Below, in pieces: positions 1 through 13,280 of a stretch of DNA of 64,000 nucleotides. Position 1 is the first letter of the stretch; each line of letters starts with the position of its first letter. The translations under genes were made by a program, and so were the position numbers. The stretch lies in the NCBI GenBank assembly GCA_904063045.1, contig CAJFCJ010000005.1, positions 1,069,988-1,133,987 on the forward strand, given 5' to 3'. This stretch comes from Dimorphilus gyrociliatus (Eukaryota > Animalia > Annelida). The notes beneath the pieces were generated by a model that saw nothing but the letters and a program-made list of their open reading frames with translations, was not told the origin of the DNA and searched no databases.

Positions 1-8
1 CCTTTCAG

Positions 9-893
9 GTGGACTTTGGTTGGAGACGAAACGATTTCGTTACTCGGGCAAATTGTCAAAATGTAATAATGAAAAGATAAGTTTGAAAAATATAAAGTTA
101 ATTGTTTTCCAACGAAGTTATAAAGTGATGAAAAATAGTATATCCAATAGACCAGCTTGTTCAAAGCACGAAAGAAAGAATCAAAAGATACTGGAAAAGA
201 AAAAATTCACTGCTATTTACACAGAGGAAATATATAATTTTCTTCGTTTACGAGAAAGTAAGAAAGCGGATCTTGAAGAAATCTATAATCACTTAAAAAC
301 TGCAATTTCACGAGGAAGATTGAGGAAAAGAACAGCCTTATCGGTTATGCTTGAGTCGAATAAGTTTTGGAAATTGGAAACGGGTTATTGGACTATTAAA
401 ACGGAATTCCTTCAAAGGTTCTCGTCAACATTTCGCACAAGCGATGTTAAAATAGAGAAATCGGAAGAGCCTGTGGTAAGATTCTCGAATAAATGATAAT
501 AACAAATAAAATTAAAAGTAAGCAATGATCCTATAGGATTGTGATAGGAAAAACTGGGCACTGGAAGGAGAAAGCGACCAGGATGAAGCAACTCACGTTA
601 ATGATTTAGAAGAGCAAGGGCATTTTGAGAAATACGTGGAAATTATTCTAAAAAGCATATTAAGAAATGAAAATCGCTTTACAACGACAAGAGAAATCTT
701 TTGCAATTTAAATTCTTATTATGGAAATGTACCGCCGTACGGATGCAGACCCCTTGTCCTTCAAATTTTAAAAAAATCAAAATGTTTCGTGTGCAAGAAA
801 TTTGGTCATTGGAATTTAACGAAGAGTTCTTACAGAGCCGTCAAATCCGGAATATTTGACCTTAGAACATTAGAAATTTTACTTAACAGTTAG
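9..893 (+). CDS. 5'-partial gene for a protein with two tandem, degenerate forkhead-like winged-helix domains; exons 9-475 and 537-893
   Basis: Acceptor CAG at 6-8. The phase-0 intron 476-536 (GTAAG...ATAG) joins ORFs 20..496 and 636..893 in frame. Motifs ESKKADLEEIYNHL...NKFWKLETGYWTI and YVEIILKSIL...TTREIF...SKCFVCKKFGHWNL resemble forkhead EKKLTLSEIYQFI...CFVKV...GSYWTL. Confidence 0.6.
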
Positions 894-2037
894 CAGTTAG
901 CTAATTTATATATATTTATATTTATATCTATATATATAAGATACTAGTGACATCTGTCTACTTGAGTTTAAAATACATTACATAAGTTTTCACCTTTAGG
1001 TCGTACTGTAGACTGTTTAGAAGCAAATGCTGCATTTTTTTTAAAGTTGATTTCTAAGAGCTTAGGGAGAAACTTCAGATTTTGAAACCCTGGGAAAATC
1101 AGTATTAAGTTTACACTCTCTTTAAAACTGAATTAGAAAGTAAAGCGATTTTTTTTATATTGATCGAACCTATCTATTTTGTTTGTACTTTTTCCCTTTT
1201 GATTTAGGAAGACATGCTCTTTGGTTTTTTTTTACTAAGATAAATATCAACAAATGTTATATCGCTAATGAGAAAAAAAAAGTAGTATTTTTTTTTTTAA
1301 AAAGAAAGAAAGAAACAGAAAATAAAAAAAATGTAACAGTTTACTTTAATATACATTTTTTCGTCTGGAAAAAGTTCAATAAATTTGCATTCTTAATGGT
1401 AACGTTTACATACAGCTGCCGAGATATACATAATTTAAATATTTAAACTTTTTATATCGAAAAAGAAAAGGATAAATTAGCTCTTCCATATCCTATGCAT
1501 ACATTCATTAATAATATAGACTAGTCGGAAGATGAGAAAGATGATTTTCTCACGTTGACAAGGTACAAAAAAAAACAACTTTCTACGCAATTGAAACTTA
1601 GATTTTAAGGCGCCAGTTAAACTTTTTTATTTTTTTTATTAGGTCAACCGTATGTTATCAATAATATATGTGCTACTTTCGTAACACATAAAGTGCAAAC
1701 TTAAGTCTTTGAATATATGCGTGCCAGTAAGTTAAAGTGTCCAATAAAGAAGTTTAAAGGTATAATTATCTCGGTCTTGAAAAGACTATTGATATACATT
1801 TTTTTCTTTCTCTCCAAGCTATCGCAATCGTTCAAAGGTTTAGCGAATATTTTAGTGCTTTCGGTGCTATTAATGTTATGATTTTATTGAACATTAATAA
1901 AAATAAGAATAAGAATACAGATTTGACAAATGAAAAGGCTTGTGGGTGGGAGATCACAGCGTGTGGGAGAAGTAAAGGATTAACAGCACTAAGAAACTAA
2001 TACACGTTTCTATCTATTTAAAGGGTATACATACACT

Positions 2038-4585
2038 CTAAGTTATTGGCGAAATAATGTTTTCTGTAATTTGAAAGTTGAATACTAATTTACACTTTTC
2101 AACGAATCTTAAGGCGTATAACTTAGGCATGAATAAGCATAAAGTGGTTACGGAGGCGTTTAATAAGCAGCAGCTTGCCAATAATATCATTCTAAATCTA
2201 TTGTCTTCAACTATAAAATAGGCTGGAACTAATACAATCCATACAAATAGTGTTGTACAAACTGAACCAAAAATTTGAGATGCTTCGTTAAAGTTTTCCG
2301 GTAGTTTTCTTGTTTGGAAAGCGAAAAAGCAACAAATTATAGAAATTAATATATTAAATACCAGGGGTGAAATAATGCTAGCCGCTGGTAAATTACAAAT
2401 GATCTGTACGCGTTTTTCATGTGGATTTGGTTGATTTAAAGTTGATTTTATAGACCCAAACGAAATCATTATAGAAAGTATTGTCAACTGTAAAAATTGA
2501 AACAATTATAAAGTGAGAAATAGAAGAGAAAAATATTTAATATAATATCATAAAAATCTAATTAGAAGCCATACAAACTTGTAATAATATTATGATAAAT
2601 GAAAATATTATCTGATGTTTATCTTGGATAAACCTAAGACCACGTTTACCGGTTGAACCTGCTTTGAAAATTCTTAAAAGTCTTATTACTTTACATAGAA
2701 ATGGAGCGTAAATTATACTGTAGGATAAGTTGAAGGTTATGTAACCAATTAGGCATGTTGCATTAGTTGGTTTAGCTACAATAAAATATATTGTTAAAAA
2801 TGTTGTTCCACTTCCAATTAGACTAATATTGCTTAATAGTATGGAACTTGCTTTAATTAACTTTTGGTCTCTTTTTAATCTATAAATAACACAAATACAA
2901 AATGTCAAGAAGAGGCCTGACGATGATACAATTAGAAGGAATATGCTTTCCGGTTCATGCCATTCCAGAAAAACAGGATCTATTGGGGAGCATATTAAAG
3001 ATGTTTCTACATCTGGCCAAGTAAACTGTGGACATGGCTTACAGGATGAATTATTAATTATTATCTCATTATTTCTGCACTTCCGGCATTCCCAACAACA
3101 GGATATCTCTGTTTTCAATGTATAATACTTAAGTGGGCATGGTTTACTACATATTGACTCTGGTATAGTGTTATTTATCCATCTAATATTATGATTTAAT
3201 TTCATAATATTTCTAGATCTAAGCCATTTACCGACTTTAATCTTTTTACCATCTCTTCCATACTGCATTATATCGTAATCTCCAATAACGTCACCGTTTC
3301 TATCGAAATTTAAATATCCAGTTAGCGTACTGTAATTACCTTTTCTAAGAGTGTTTAGCAGTCTTTCTCCGCTAACGCACTCTTTTAGTTCTCTACCCTT
3401 GGCCGATGGACAATAGACATCCCTAGCGGTCCGCATTGCCTCGGCTAATACAAACGTTGCATCATAAATTCCAGACGACCATAACCCTTCTAAAAATGAT
3501 TTAGGACTAGCCGTAATGTTCCACGACTTTTGACATAATTCTTTGACAGAGCTAGTATTCCATTTACAATTGAATAAATCCGACCACAATTCATCTATCC
3601 AGACGTTATCTTTAGAATTGTCTGGATTCTGGGATATGATAACAGAAACGAAATTTGGTATATTGGCCAGTGGAAATACAGTATAAAAACTTCTATACGC
3701 CGCTGTACGTCTATGGTCTTGATTCAAACTCATTAAAGTATCCATACCAATAAATATCTTATTATCAAGACCAGGAAAGGCTGGCAGTTTAGAATAGAAT
3801 ATATTTACATCGTTCCAGGAGAGTAGTATAACAATAACGTTCCAAGTGGAAGTCATTGTCAACTTTCTCATAATACTTTGCCACGTTTCAAACGTTTGCT
3901 TCCCTGGTACCATTTCATCAATTGCCAAACAAATTCCTTTGGCTTCGGCGGCTTTTCTCAATTTTTTAGCTCCATTCTCCCCATAGGAACCCTCAGAGTA
4001 GATTAATGAAAAATAATTCCAGTTTAGAGCCGATATGAACTCAATCACAGCATTTGCCTGATACCGATCGGGACTGACAATCCTTGAAAAATAAGGAAAT
4101 CGACTTTTATCGGATAATTCGTCGCTAGTTGCCATTCTCGATAGTTGTGGTATTCTATAGAGGCTCAGGAGAGGAGAAACCATCATTGACTTTGTGCTAG
4201 AATAGGGCCCGATAACGGCGTTTACGTGGAAAATTTCGGCTGGTAAAAAATATAAGCTCTCCCCCAACGCAGCCAGATTACTATCGCAATCGTCAAGGAT
4301 GGTATAACCTAACTTTATTCCTTTAATAAAATTGTTATCATTGATCCTCTTAACAGCCAGTCTTACCGCGACCGTATCAAAATAGCTGTTGACCCTAATC
4401 CTGTTACTGCAATAGTTACCAATACCGTCTTCCTTCTCGTGAACAGAGATCAAATAACCAATATTTAAGTCACCCATGTTATATTCATATTTTGAATTTC
4501 TATTAAAAAATGGATCAAAACATTGGAACGTATTTAATTCGATGATAAAAATGCACAAAAACAAAGAATATCTTTTACGATACAT
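2038..4585 (-). CDS. Class C GPCR, metabotropic glutamate receptor-like, 818 aa; exons 4585-2579 and 2487-2038
   Basis: Signal peptide, Venus flytrap domain (VIGPYSS, ATSDELSDKSRFPYFSR, EGSYGE), Cys-rich CCWECRKC domain and 7TM with TRKLPENFNEA and FMPKLY. A phase-0 intron at 2488-2578 joins the two ORFs. Confidence 0.93.
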
Positions 4586-6692
4586 CGAGATAAATGTGTC
4601 TTTATTACTTCGTCATGACTCAGTTAGTGAAGTGTGGCGACAAACTTTGTTTTTCTTCCCTTTTAACGAGCAGGGCGGCGCTTTTCCACATGTATCAAAA
4701 TGTAAAGCGATAATATAAATTAACTATAAGGTTTTTATTTTCAATACATTGTTTGTGTCCTTTCTTCCGTTTCCAAGGTATCAACAGGCGTCTACATACA
4801 GAAAAAAACTAATTGTTCTTTTCTTTTATTCCATATACTGATGCTTGACGTCTATTTTCTCAATTGTTTGTAAAGTTTCTATCAGCAAAGTTAAAAGTAC
4901 TCGGCATTGAAAGAGGCAATATAGAAGTTCAAGTAAAACAACTGTTTACCCTTTTAGTGGCCTTTACAATAAAATAAAAACATTTTAGATCTCAACTCGT
5001 TTATTAAAAGCTGAACTGCTGAGTTATTGCATAAAAAATAAAGTCTTATTCATTAAAGGATTAGGACAGTAGTTTATTTATCCTGTTGTAGTTGAGTAAA
5101 AAAGATGAGGAGGGGGAAAATGGAGTTTATTTTGCGATTTATATATCAAAGGAAAAAATAATTGAGACTTTGTTTGCGACAAAGTGTTTATTGAAGTAAA
5201 ATGAGGATACAAACTAGAAAAGAATCTCCCCAGTATTGACATTGTAAATGTTTATGAAGTAAAAAGGTTGATTTAAACTAACTACCAAGAAATCTAAGAC
5301 GTAACAAAATAATAAAAGGCCTAGTAACAGTTTATTGAGTACAAATAAAAAAATCTCAAGTGAGGAGAGAGAGAGAGAGAGAGAGAAGGAAAGACTATAA
5401 AAAACGACAATTCTTAGAATTTCCACAAGTTTACCAGAGATAATGTATTTTCAGTGAGATATTGCGTAAAAGATCATATAGGTTGTGCTTTTTAGTTCCT
5501 CTCTCTCTCTCCCACACTTTCTTTGAATTTGCTGATTGTAGTTTATATTTGTCACTATCTATATTAATTAATTATATAGAGACATTTATTTGCATAGTTT
5601 CTATATTTCTATTCACAGATGCATTCCAATACATTCTATTATTGTTCTACATTGATTAACTATCAAACAACAATTTCAGTTTTCAATTATCTAATATTTT
5701 CAATCTCTGAAATAGACTACCTCATCAATAAAGTACTTTTTTGATCATTAAAATGCTAATTTCGCTAACGAACGCCATCTAGTTGATTTTTAAACGTATG
5801 CATACGCGCTGGCAAATGCATCCAGATGTATATATATATATATATATAGCTAGATGTACAAATATATATTAGTAATATATATATATATATATACTATATG
5901 TATATCTAATATATAGCTACGCCGCGTGGACATGAAAAGACTAATGGTTGTCAGTTTTTTCTTAGGAGAATTCAATCAAAAGTTCGATGATCGAGAGAGA
6001 CACGCAATAAATCAGAGTGAAGAATTCATTCTCTAGTTTCTTACTAAGTTTTTATTATTGGATATATACAATATATATGTATATATATATGCCATTCAAA
6101 TGAACTATCAGGCTATTTATCCTCATTCTTACTTGTCATATAGGTTGTTAGCCTCTTGAGACTACTTTTTCATTGCGGATAGTTGCTTGACCCTTTGATA
6201 TCTGTTTTACAATCAAAATTTGTAGGCCTAAGTTATCTAGGGTCAAGATTCTAAAAGAAAATATCATTTCATACAGATATTAAAAATTTTACCCTACTAC
6301 TTTATCTTTTTCCTTTTTCTCTTTCTCACTCTAATTGACTCTCTTCTTTCTTATCTTTATCCACTTTTCTTAATCTTTATCTATTATAGATTTCAAATAG
6401 TTTTTTAACACATCAACCTTTAAAGTATCTATAACTCTCGTTTTGTTCTATGTCATAGGATAATATGTCTATTGTTCTTGTAAAAATTTACCTAATTTTT
6501 CAGACTTACAGACCATCTTTTATCAACTTTAAGTAGAGTCTGTATATCATTTTCTCTTCAAGTCACCTCCTTTTAGCCCTCAAGTCTCAATAGTATAACC
6601 TAGTAACATATGAGATTAATTAAATTTTCATCTTTTTCGTTCTTGTTTAGTCGGTTTTTATGTTAGAGAAAGAAGATAAAAAACTAAATGCT

Positions 6693-6768
6693 AGAGAGAG
6701 AAAGAGAGACAGTGAGTGAGTGAGAGAATGAGTGAGTGGGTTGGCGAGTGAGTGAGTGAGTGAGAGAG

Positions 6769-6802
<34 letters not shown>
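6693..6802. repeat. Compound (GA)n/(GAGT)n microsatellite
   Basis: Directly visible tandem GA and GAGT units. Confidence 0.9.
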
Positions 6803-6805
<3 letters not shown>

Positions 6806-9264
6806 CCAAGTTACTCTATCTATTTAGCCTCAAAGAAGATGATGCAATAAATCAGTCAGCTTAAAGTCATCTTTAATATGCTTTCATACTTTTTCTACTC
6901 ATTCTTTCTTTAAAATATTTCAATTGCTTCTTGGCTTTGTTCACTTTCTGAATTCATTTAGATTTAAATATTTATAAAAGGAAAGATAACAATTCAACTT
7001 TTCCCTCAATTTTCAAAGATTCAAACTTTTTACTTTTTCTTTTCTCAAAGTTAGTGAAAAAATACATTAATATTCGTAATTCTGTGTTTTGGACTTCGTA
7101 TTTCATTCATCTAGTAGGCCTTTAAAGAATATGAAACTTAATACTAAATTTTTGACCTCTTTTAGACATAATAATTTTTTTCAATTTCGGTTTAATGTTT
7201 CAGCTATAGTGAAGGTGAGATGTCTAATGTCTCGACTATATTTCAAGACCGTAACTAACTAGCTGCCAAGGTCTATAATCTTATATTTTTCTCTCGAGGT
7301 TACTGACCTCTATTGTCCCAATTTTTCAAAATGCTTTCTAAGCTTTAAAGAAACATTTTCGCATTTGTTTTTTGTTAAAATAGTTGCGTAATTGTAAAGT
7401 TACATAGCAAAATCTTATTTAAAAGAACTATAACGCCTTTGAATGAAGTTATGAATGAACAAAAAAAAAAAGATGAATGACAGTTCTTTTTATTTTTTTA
7501 AATGAAATTATGTCATATTTAATCTTATATATAGTAGTGATAATTATAAAATACAATAAGTTCCTATGCTAAGTTAAATAGTGCAAAGCACTTTTATAAT
7601 CTAATTTTTTTTATAAATGTTATCCATAGAAGTGTCTTAATTTTCAACATTATTATGATTAATTGATCTGCTTTAAATGTCTGCGCAACATGATTTTTAA
7701 TTGACCTTAAATCAACTTCATTTAAGTTTTATTACCGTCTTGACATTCCTTCTCTATGGAAATCACATATTTGTTTGTAATTTTAACTCTTTCGAATTTC
7801 TCATCAAAAACTTTTCCTCTCTGTTCTAATTTAAAGCCAAGAGATGTAGTCTTAGTTTATGGACAACCTCATTGTTTATAGAGACACGTCTAAACTTTTT
7901 ACAAACAATTTTTTTTTCGGGCTAGAAATGTTTGGATTATAGGCTGTCAACAGTTCTATTTCTGGAAGTTTATAGCGGAAGTAGGATCTAGACGCGTCCA
8001 ACAGACTATGATATATATAACAAAAAAAATAATCGGTTGTTTACCCGACCTACTTTTATTTCAATCCGGTTGTAATTTTGAACCGATTTGGTAGAGTTTC
8101 TGACAAACTTTACAAGTTTGTCATGCACTTAAAAAGGATATGAGCCAGATACAAAAAACGAAGAAAAAGGTAAGGAATGTTGTCAAAGGAGAGTATAAAA
8201 AATCAAAAAATTAGATATTTCTAACTTACATATAATCGCCAATTAAGATTAAAGAGATTTAGAAAAAAAAAGAGATTAAATCAAAAGATCTCTATATTGT
8301 TTAAAAATCATTTTTAAAACAACTCTTGAAAGATAAAAAGTTCAAAGGCTATGTTTAACTTAAAATAGAAGTGAACTGTAAGATATCTTATATAAACTCT
8401 TTAAAAACAATGAAAACAGATTGTGTAATCCACACGATGATTCTTTATTTTATAGTTAAAATTCATACAATAATAAAAATCTGTTAAATATAAAAATAAT
8501 TGGTTTAACTGTCTAAGGTGTAGGCTGTAAAAAAATTATTAGGGAATACGATATACTAGAACAAAATTAAAATTTTTGGTCTTCCCTTTCTCTTTCCCTC
8601 TCTCTCTCTCTCTCTCTCTCTCCACTTTAACATATTAAGATGTTCAAGATAAAACGATTATGAAAAATAAAAACCAGGTCAATGCCTCTTATACTAGGAC
8701 TAATATGCGGAAAATACTATATATCTTTTATCTAATTTAAATTATAAATCAGGTCTATATTACCTTTTTAGGACACTTTGTTATCAAGAGCTATACTCTG
8801 ATAATTAAAAAAAACTTTATAACCAAGTAAATGACAATGATACGGAAATCCTTGCCTTGGTTTTTCCCCTTCTGTTTTTATAGACTACTAGTAGACTAGA
8901 GCTTACGTAAAACTTTCGATTTCACCTTATTGCAAAGGTTTTATTCGAATTATTCATTATGGTAAGAAGTATTCCTTTAAAAATGATATCATTAATAAGC
9001 CGTATATATGGTTAACCACCTTAACCATTTTCGTAAGCTTTCTGTTCTCTTATAATTGTATTAGATGAATGTTTATTCTAGTAGACAAATACTATTCATT
9101 AAATCAGCGGGATATCTTTACATATCGTCCAAGTAATTTCTGTTGTTTTTGTTCAACATCTTTGGGATTTCTATTTAAGGCCTAGCTCTTTTCTTAATGT
9201 AAATCTCAACGTATTAAATTTAAGTGGTGAAAAAAGCATATACAGTATATATGTACAATATGAT

Positions 9265-9320
9265 TGAATGAATGAATGAATGAATGAATGAATGAATAAA
9301 TAAATAATGAATGAATGAAT
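9265..9320. repeat. (TGAA)n tetranucleotide microsatellite
   Basis: Directly visible TGAA units with a TAAA interruption. Confidence 0.9.
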
Positions 9321-10207
9321 AGTACAATAAAACAATTTTATTTGTGAAAAAATCTCAGTTATTCAATAAAAAAAATCATAAAGTAAAAAAATATCTTTTC
9401 TTTAGTTTGTCTTTTTTTTTTTTTAACTTTAATTTTTATTCTTTTTGAAATAATAATTAAAAAAGAAATATTACAATTTTCCCCTTTTTGAAGGTTTTTT
9501 TTTCTGGGCTTTTTTTTTTATTTTGACTAATGATGGAAAAATAAATTTTGCTTTTCCTTTCAAGTTGATCTGAGAACCAAAAACAGTTTACTTTTCGATA
9601 CTATTAAGCCTAAACTTGAAATAATCAGTCTATTGAATACCTTTCTTTCTTTTTTTTCTTTCTTTTTTCTTTTTTTACAGTGGTAATAAACCAATAATTT
9701 ATAGGTCATCGAACTATAACGATAAGAACAATTTTTTTTCATCAGATCCGATCACTACCCGCGTGTCTTTCATTCAAAAGCCAAACAACAAACAAACAAT
9801 ACTGTACAGCAAAAATATGTACACAACTGGGTTGCAGTAATACGAAAATATACGCATACAATATGTAAAGAAATACATATATTTTTGTTTACAGTCCGAC
9901 GTGTATACGATATATAAATACGTATATACAAATTATAGATTGTATATAATGAAGACATTACTAAAGGAGAGAAAGAGAGGCCTATACACTTTATGGTTTT
10001 TTTGGTTTGCAGTCGGCAATAAATAGAAATAAATAGGGAAAATGTTTGAACACAAAAAAAAACAGTTCCAACACGCTTTTTTAAAGATAATTATGAAGGC
10101 AGTGTAAAAGAAAACAAACATCCCCATTTCTCCGCTAAAAGCAAACTCAGATAAGAGAAATAAATTGAGAGAAGAACTTTTAATTTGGAATGTTTGCAAT
10201 AAAAAAT

Positions 10208-11131
10208 TCAATCAGCTTTTTTGAACCAATTTATGAGTTTTTTAATCGAATTGTTTCCAATTCGTTCCGAAAGAGGCGATAAAATTATCTTCCTTGGCTT
10301 ACACCGATAGCGACCCCTAGCACAGGTCAGTCTTGTTCCTTTCCGGCATTTCAACTTTCTATTTTTATTACACTTTTTTCTAGGTTTGCTGGGCGTCGGT
10401 GTCCATTTGCATTGATTATGTTTTGTCCCTCTTGTTCGTAACGTACCATTCCGTCTCACACACAAGAAGGCCTTACGCTTTTTTCTAAAGTGCCTCCTCT
10501 TCGCCCTCCGATAGGGATAAGAACAATGTTGAATATAAAACTTGCCTTCCTTGGGCCTTTCGACAAACTTGCAGTCGCTGGTCATATTTTTATAATCTCG
10601 AGTCTGAAGAAAACAAACGAAGAAAAGATATTAAAGATTTTTGAATTTTTTTTTAAACCATTTTTATATGCAAAACACAAGGAATTATCGGAATTAATCC
10701 TTTCGAAAAGTTACGTCTAAATAGAGCTTAAAATTCAATGCACATCCTACTCGCGTACGCTTGTAATAAAAGAGAAACCACGTATGTCTATGTCTTCGAT
10801 TTAGGATCGTTCAAGAAGATTCAATTACGGTTAATATTATACTTGTATATCTGACAAGAGTACTTAACAACAGTTCTCTCTCTACTTCCTCTACTGTACC
10901 AGAATTTACTGTTAAAACGTCAAGTGTATAGTTATTTATAATCCTATATATATTATTTTTTATTTATTAATAAACCCGCCAAATATTTACTGATTTACAA
11001 GTTCATTCTTTTGCTCCGATCAAGATAGAGAGACACAGCGTCCATCTCATTCATTTTGGTCTCTCATCTTTCGTTTTTCATTTTGCGATTTGCCTTTTTT
11101 GTGTTTTTGGCTTCGTGTAAAGTTTACGAGA

Positions 11132-11176
<45 letters not shown>

Positions 11177-11953
11177 AGTAGTAAATATTCTCTTTGTTTT
11201 CTTTTTGTTAAAATTATCACTGCGAAGTCAGTCGTGTATCGAATTTATATAAACATTTACGTAAACAAATGTTTCTCGCTTTTCTCTAATCTTACACTCT
11301 TAACACTTTTCTAGTTTTCAAGGGCGAAAATAACTTATTCATATTACATACTAAAAAAAGTCTGACGTCTGAATTTCATCAACTTCTCTCTGGTAAAAGA
11401 TTTTCACCAGGGCGCGCTTAAAGAGACAGTATCTAATGCATCACAGTAACAGCGATAGATGGCGCCTTAACAAATGGATTATCAATCTTACCGTTTCTTT
11501 TATGTAGAAAGTATTATTCCTCCACATACACAACATTAACCATAGGCCGTTGTCTAATTCTCTATAATAACTAATCGGGATTTTTCCTCCGCATTCGGAT
11601 GTTCCGCTATCATTTATGGCGTTCACCCTCTTCAATAAGGCTGTTTTTAAGATCAAAAACATTCACAATATCGATTAATCATTGTGCAAAATCTCTAATC
11701 TACTGTGACCTAAATAGTAGTACATACCGGTCGAGCTGTTTATCCCATTTTCGCAACTCTTTCTCGTAGGACCGACCTCTTTCAAGCGAAGAGAGCATTG
11801 ATTTCTGTAGTTCACCATGAAAAAAGTACTTTCTGCACCTACACTACGCTTTCCAACGTCTTTCGTCAGAATAAAATTTTGTCTGGAACTTATACAGTCG
11901 AAAATGATTAGGGAGAGGAAAACTAGGAACGAGTTTAGAGGAATTTGTAGCAT
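10208..11953 (-). CDS. Divergent fibroblast growth factor, 256 aa, secreted; exons 11953-11728, 11640-11492 and 10603-10208
   Basis: ATG 11953 gives a hydrophobic leader MLQIPLNSFLVFLSLIIFDCISS. Introns are phase 1 then phase 0, at the positions typical of the FGF core. Motifs MLCMWRNNTFY, TSDCKFVE and FLCVRRNGTLRTRGTKHNQ match FGF LxMNxxGxLY, ECxFxE and VALNKDGTPR. Confidence 0.75.
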
Positions 11954-12311
11954 TTCCGTACATCGTATCTGTATGTTTTTAGAACGGTTTCCGAAAATTC
12001 TACATCCATATATCCATATAATAATCCAAAGAAAAAATAGGAAGAAATCCGTAGTTCCTTGCAATACAACGTCTGGATTTTAAAAGGAGAACTGGCAGAG
12101 AAAACTTCGTAAGCTCCGCCCAAATTGGCAACTGGTTCCTTATTGGCTAAACTGGTTTTCTTTAAGAGTCTATTCTGAAAATTGTAATAAATTTGTAATA
12201 ATTGAATAGATTTTGAAATTATTTGGCTTGTGTGGCCAGCTGTTCAAAAGTGGTTATTACCGATACCAGCTTATCTCACCCACTAATACACATTAACTTG
12301 ACTATATACAG

Positions 12312-12350
<39 letters not shown>

Positions 12351-13280
12351 CCTAACTGACTGACATGATCAAACACGTCTGTGTCGGAAGGTACATTTAG
12401 GTTGACGTCAGCTAGTTGAGAAATGCTCAAAAAATTAGGAAATACAAGTTCAACATAAATTGTTATAGGCCTTTTGTTTATTTCATGCAGAAATAACCGT
12501 GCTAGACCAGAAAAAACCTAATGAGTCATTTTACGTTAAAAATAAACTGAACGTTTTAGAAATCTCAAATAGATTCAAGACAATTAGAAAAAAGGGCGGG
12601 GGAGGAGAAGAAGAAGTAAAAGAAGAAGAAGAAATAGAAGAAAGGGCTGTTATTTAGGATATAAGACATAAAAAACGAGTTTTTCCAGTTAGTCTTATAA
12701 AATGTTATATATATTGTATACATATAAAGATATAAATTTATATATATATATATTTATATATATATTGAAATTTTTATCTACTCATTAACACACTTTCTTT
12801 ATCATGAACAAAATTAGAATTATCTCTAATCTTACGTCAATTTCATTCACAATGACTTCTCTTACAGATTGTATTTATACATTTTAGAGAAACGAGCAAT
12901 AACGATTTCTCATCTTTATTTACTTCCCTTCCTTGTTTTCCAAATTAATTAATAAAGAAAATTATTCAAATTGTTTAAATATAGATCGTCCCTGTTTTTT
13001 TTATTTGTTAGTATAAAGAATATATTTATGACCCGAATTAACTTCATAAATTAAAGATAGATGTATTTAATACCTGTTTTTTTTTGTAGTTTGATGTTCT
13101 CTCTATACAGTTATGATAATATTTGAAGGAAATAAAGCGAAAATATGCTTAATTTGTAATCTTTGCTTGATAATTCAGGCGATTACGAAATATAGTTCTA
13201 TATCACATGTGCTTTCCGGATTATAAGAGAAAATTCAACAAATCTTACTTTTAAATTTTACGCGCTAAGAATTCCAGCTG

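Noticed and set aside
4586-10207. Short ORFs in the GPCR-FGF intergenic region, and similar F/I/Y/K-rich or ER-repeat ORFs elsewhere (1183, 21489, 23928, 49381)
   Set aside because: They are translations of AT-rich or microsatellite DNA with no domain motifs or consistent splice structure.
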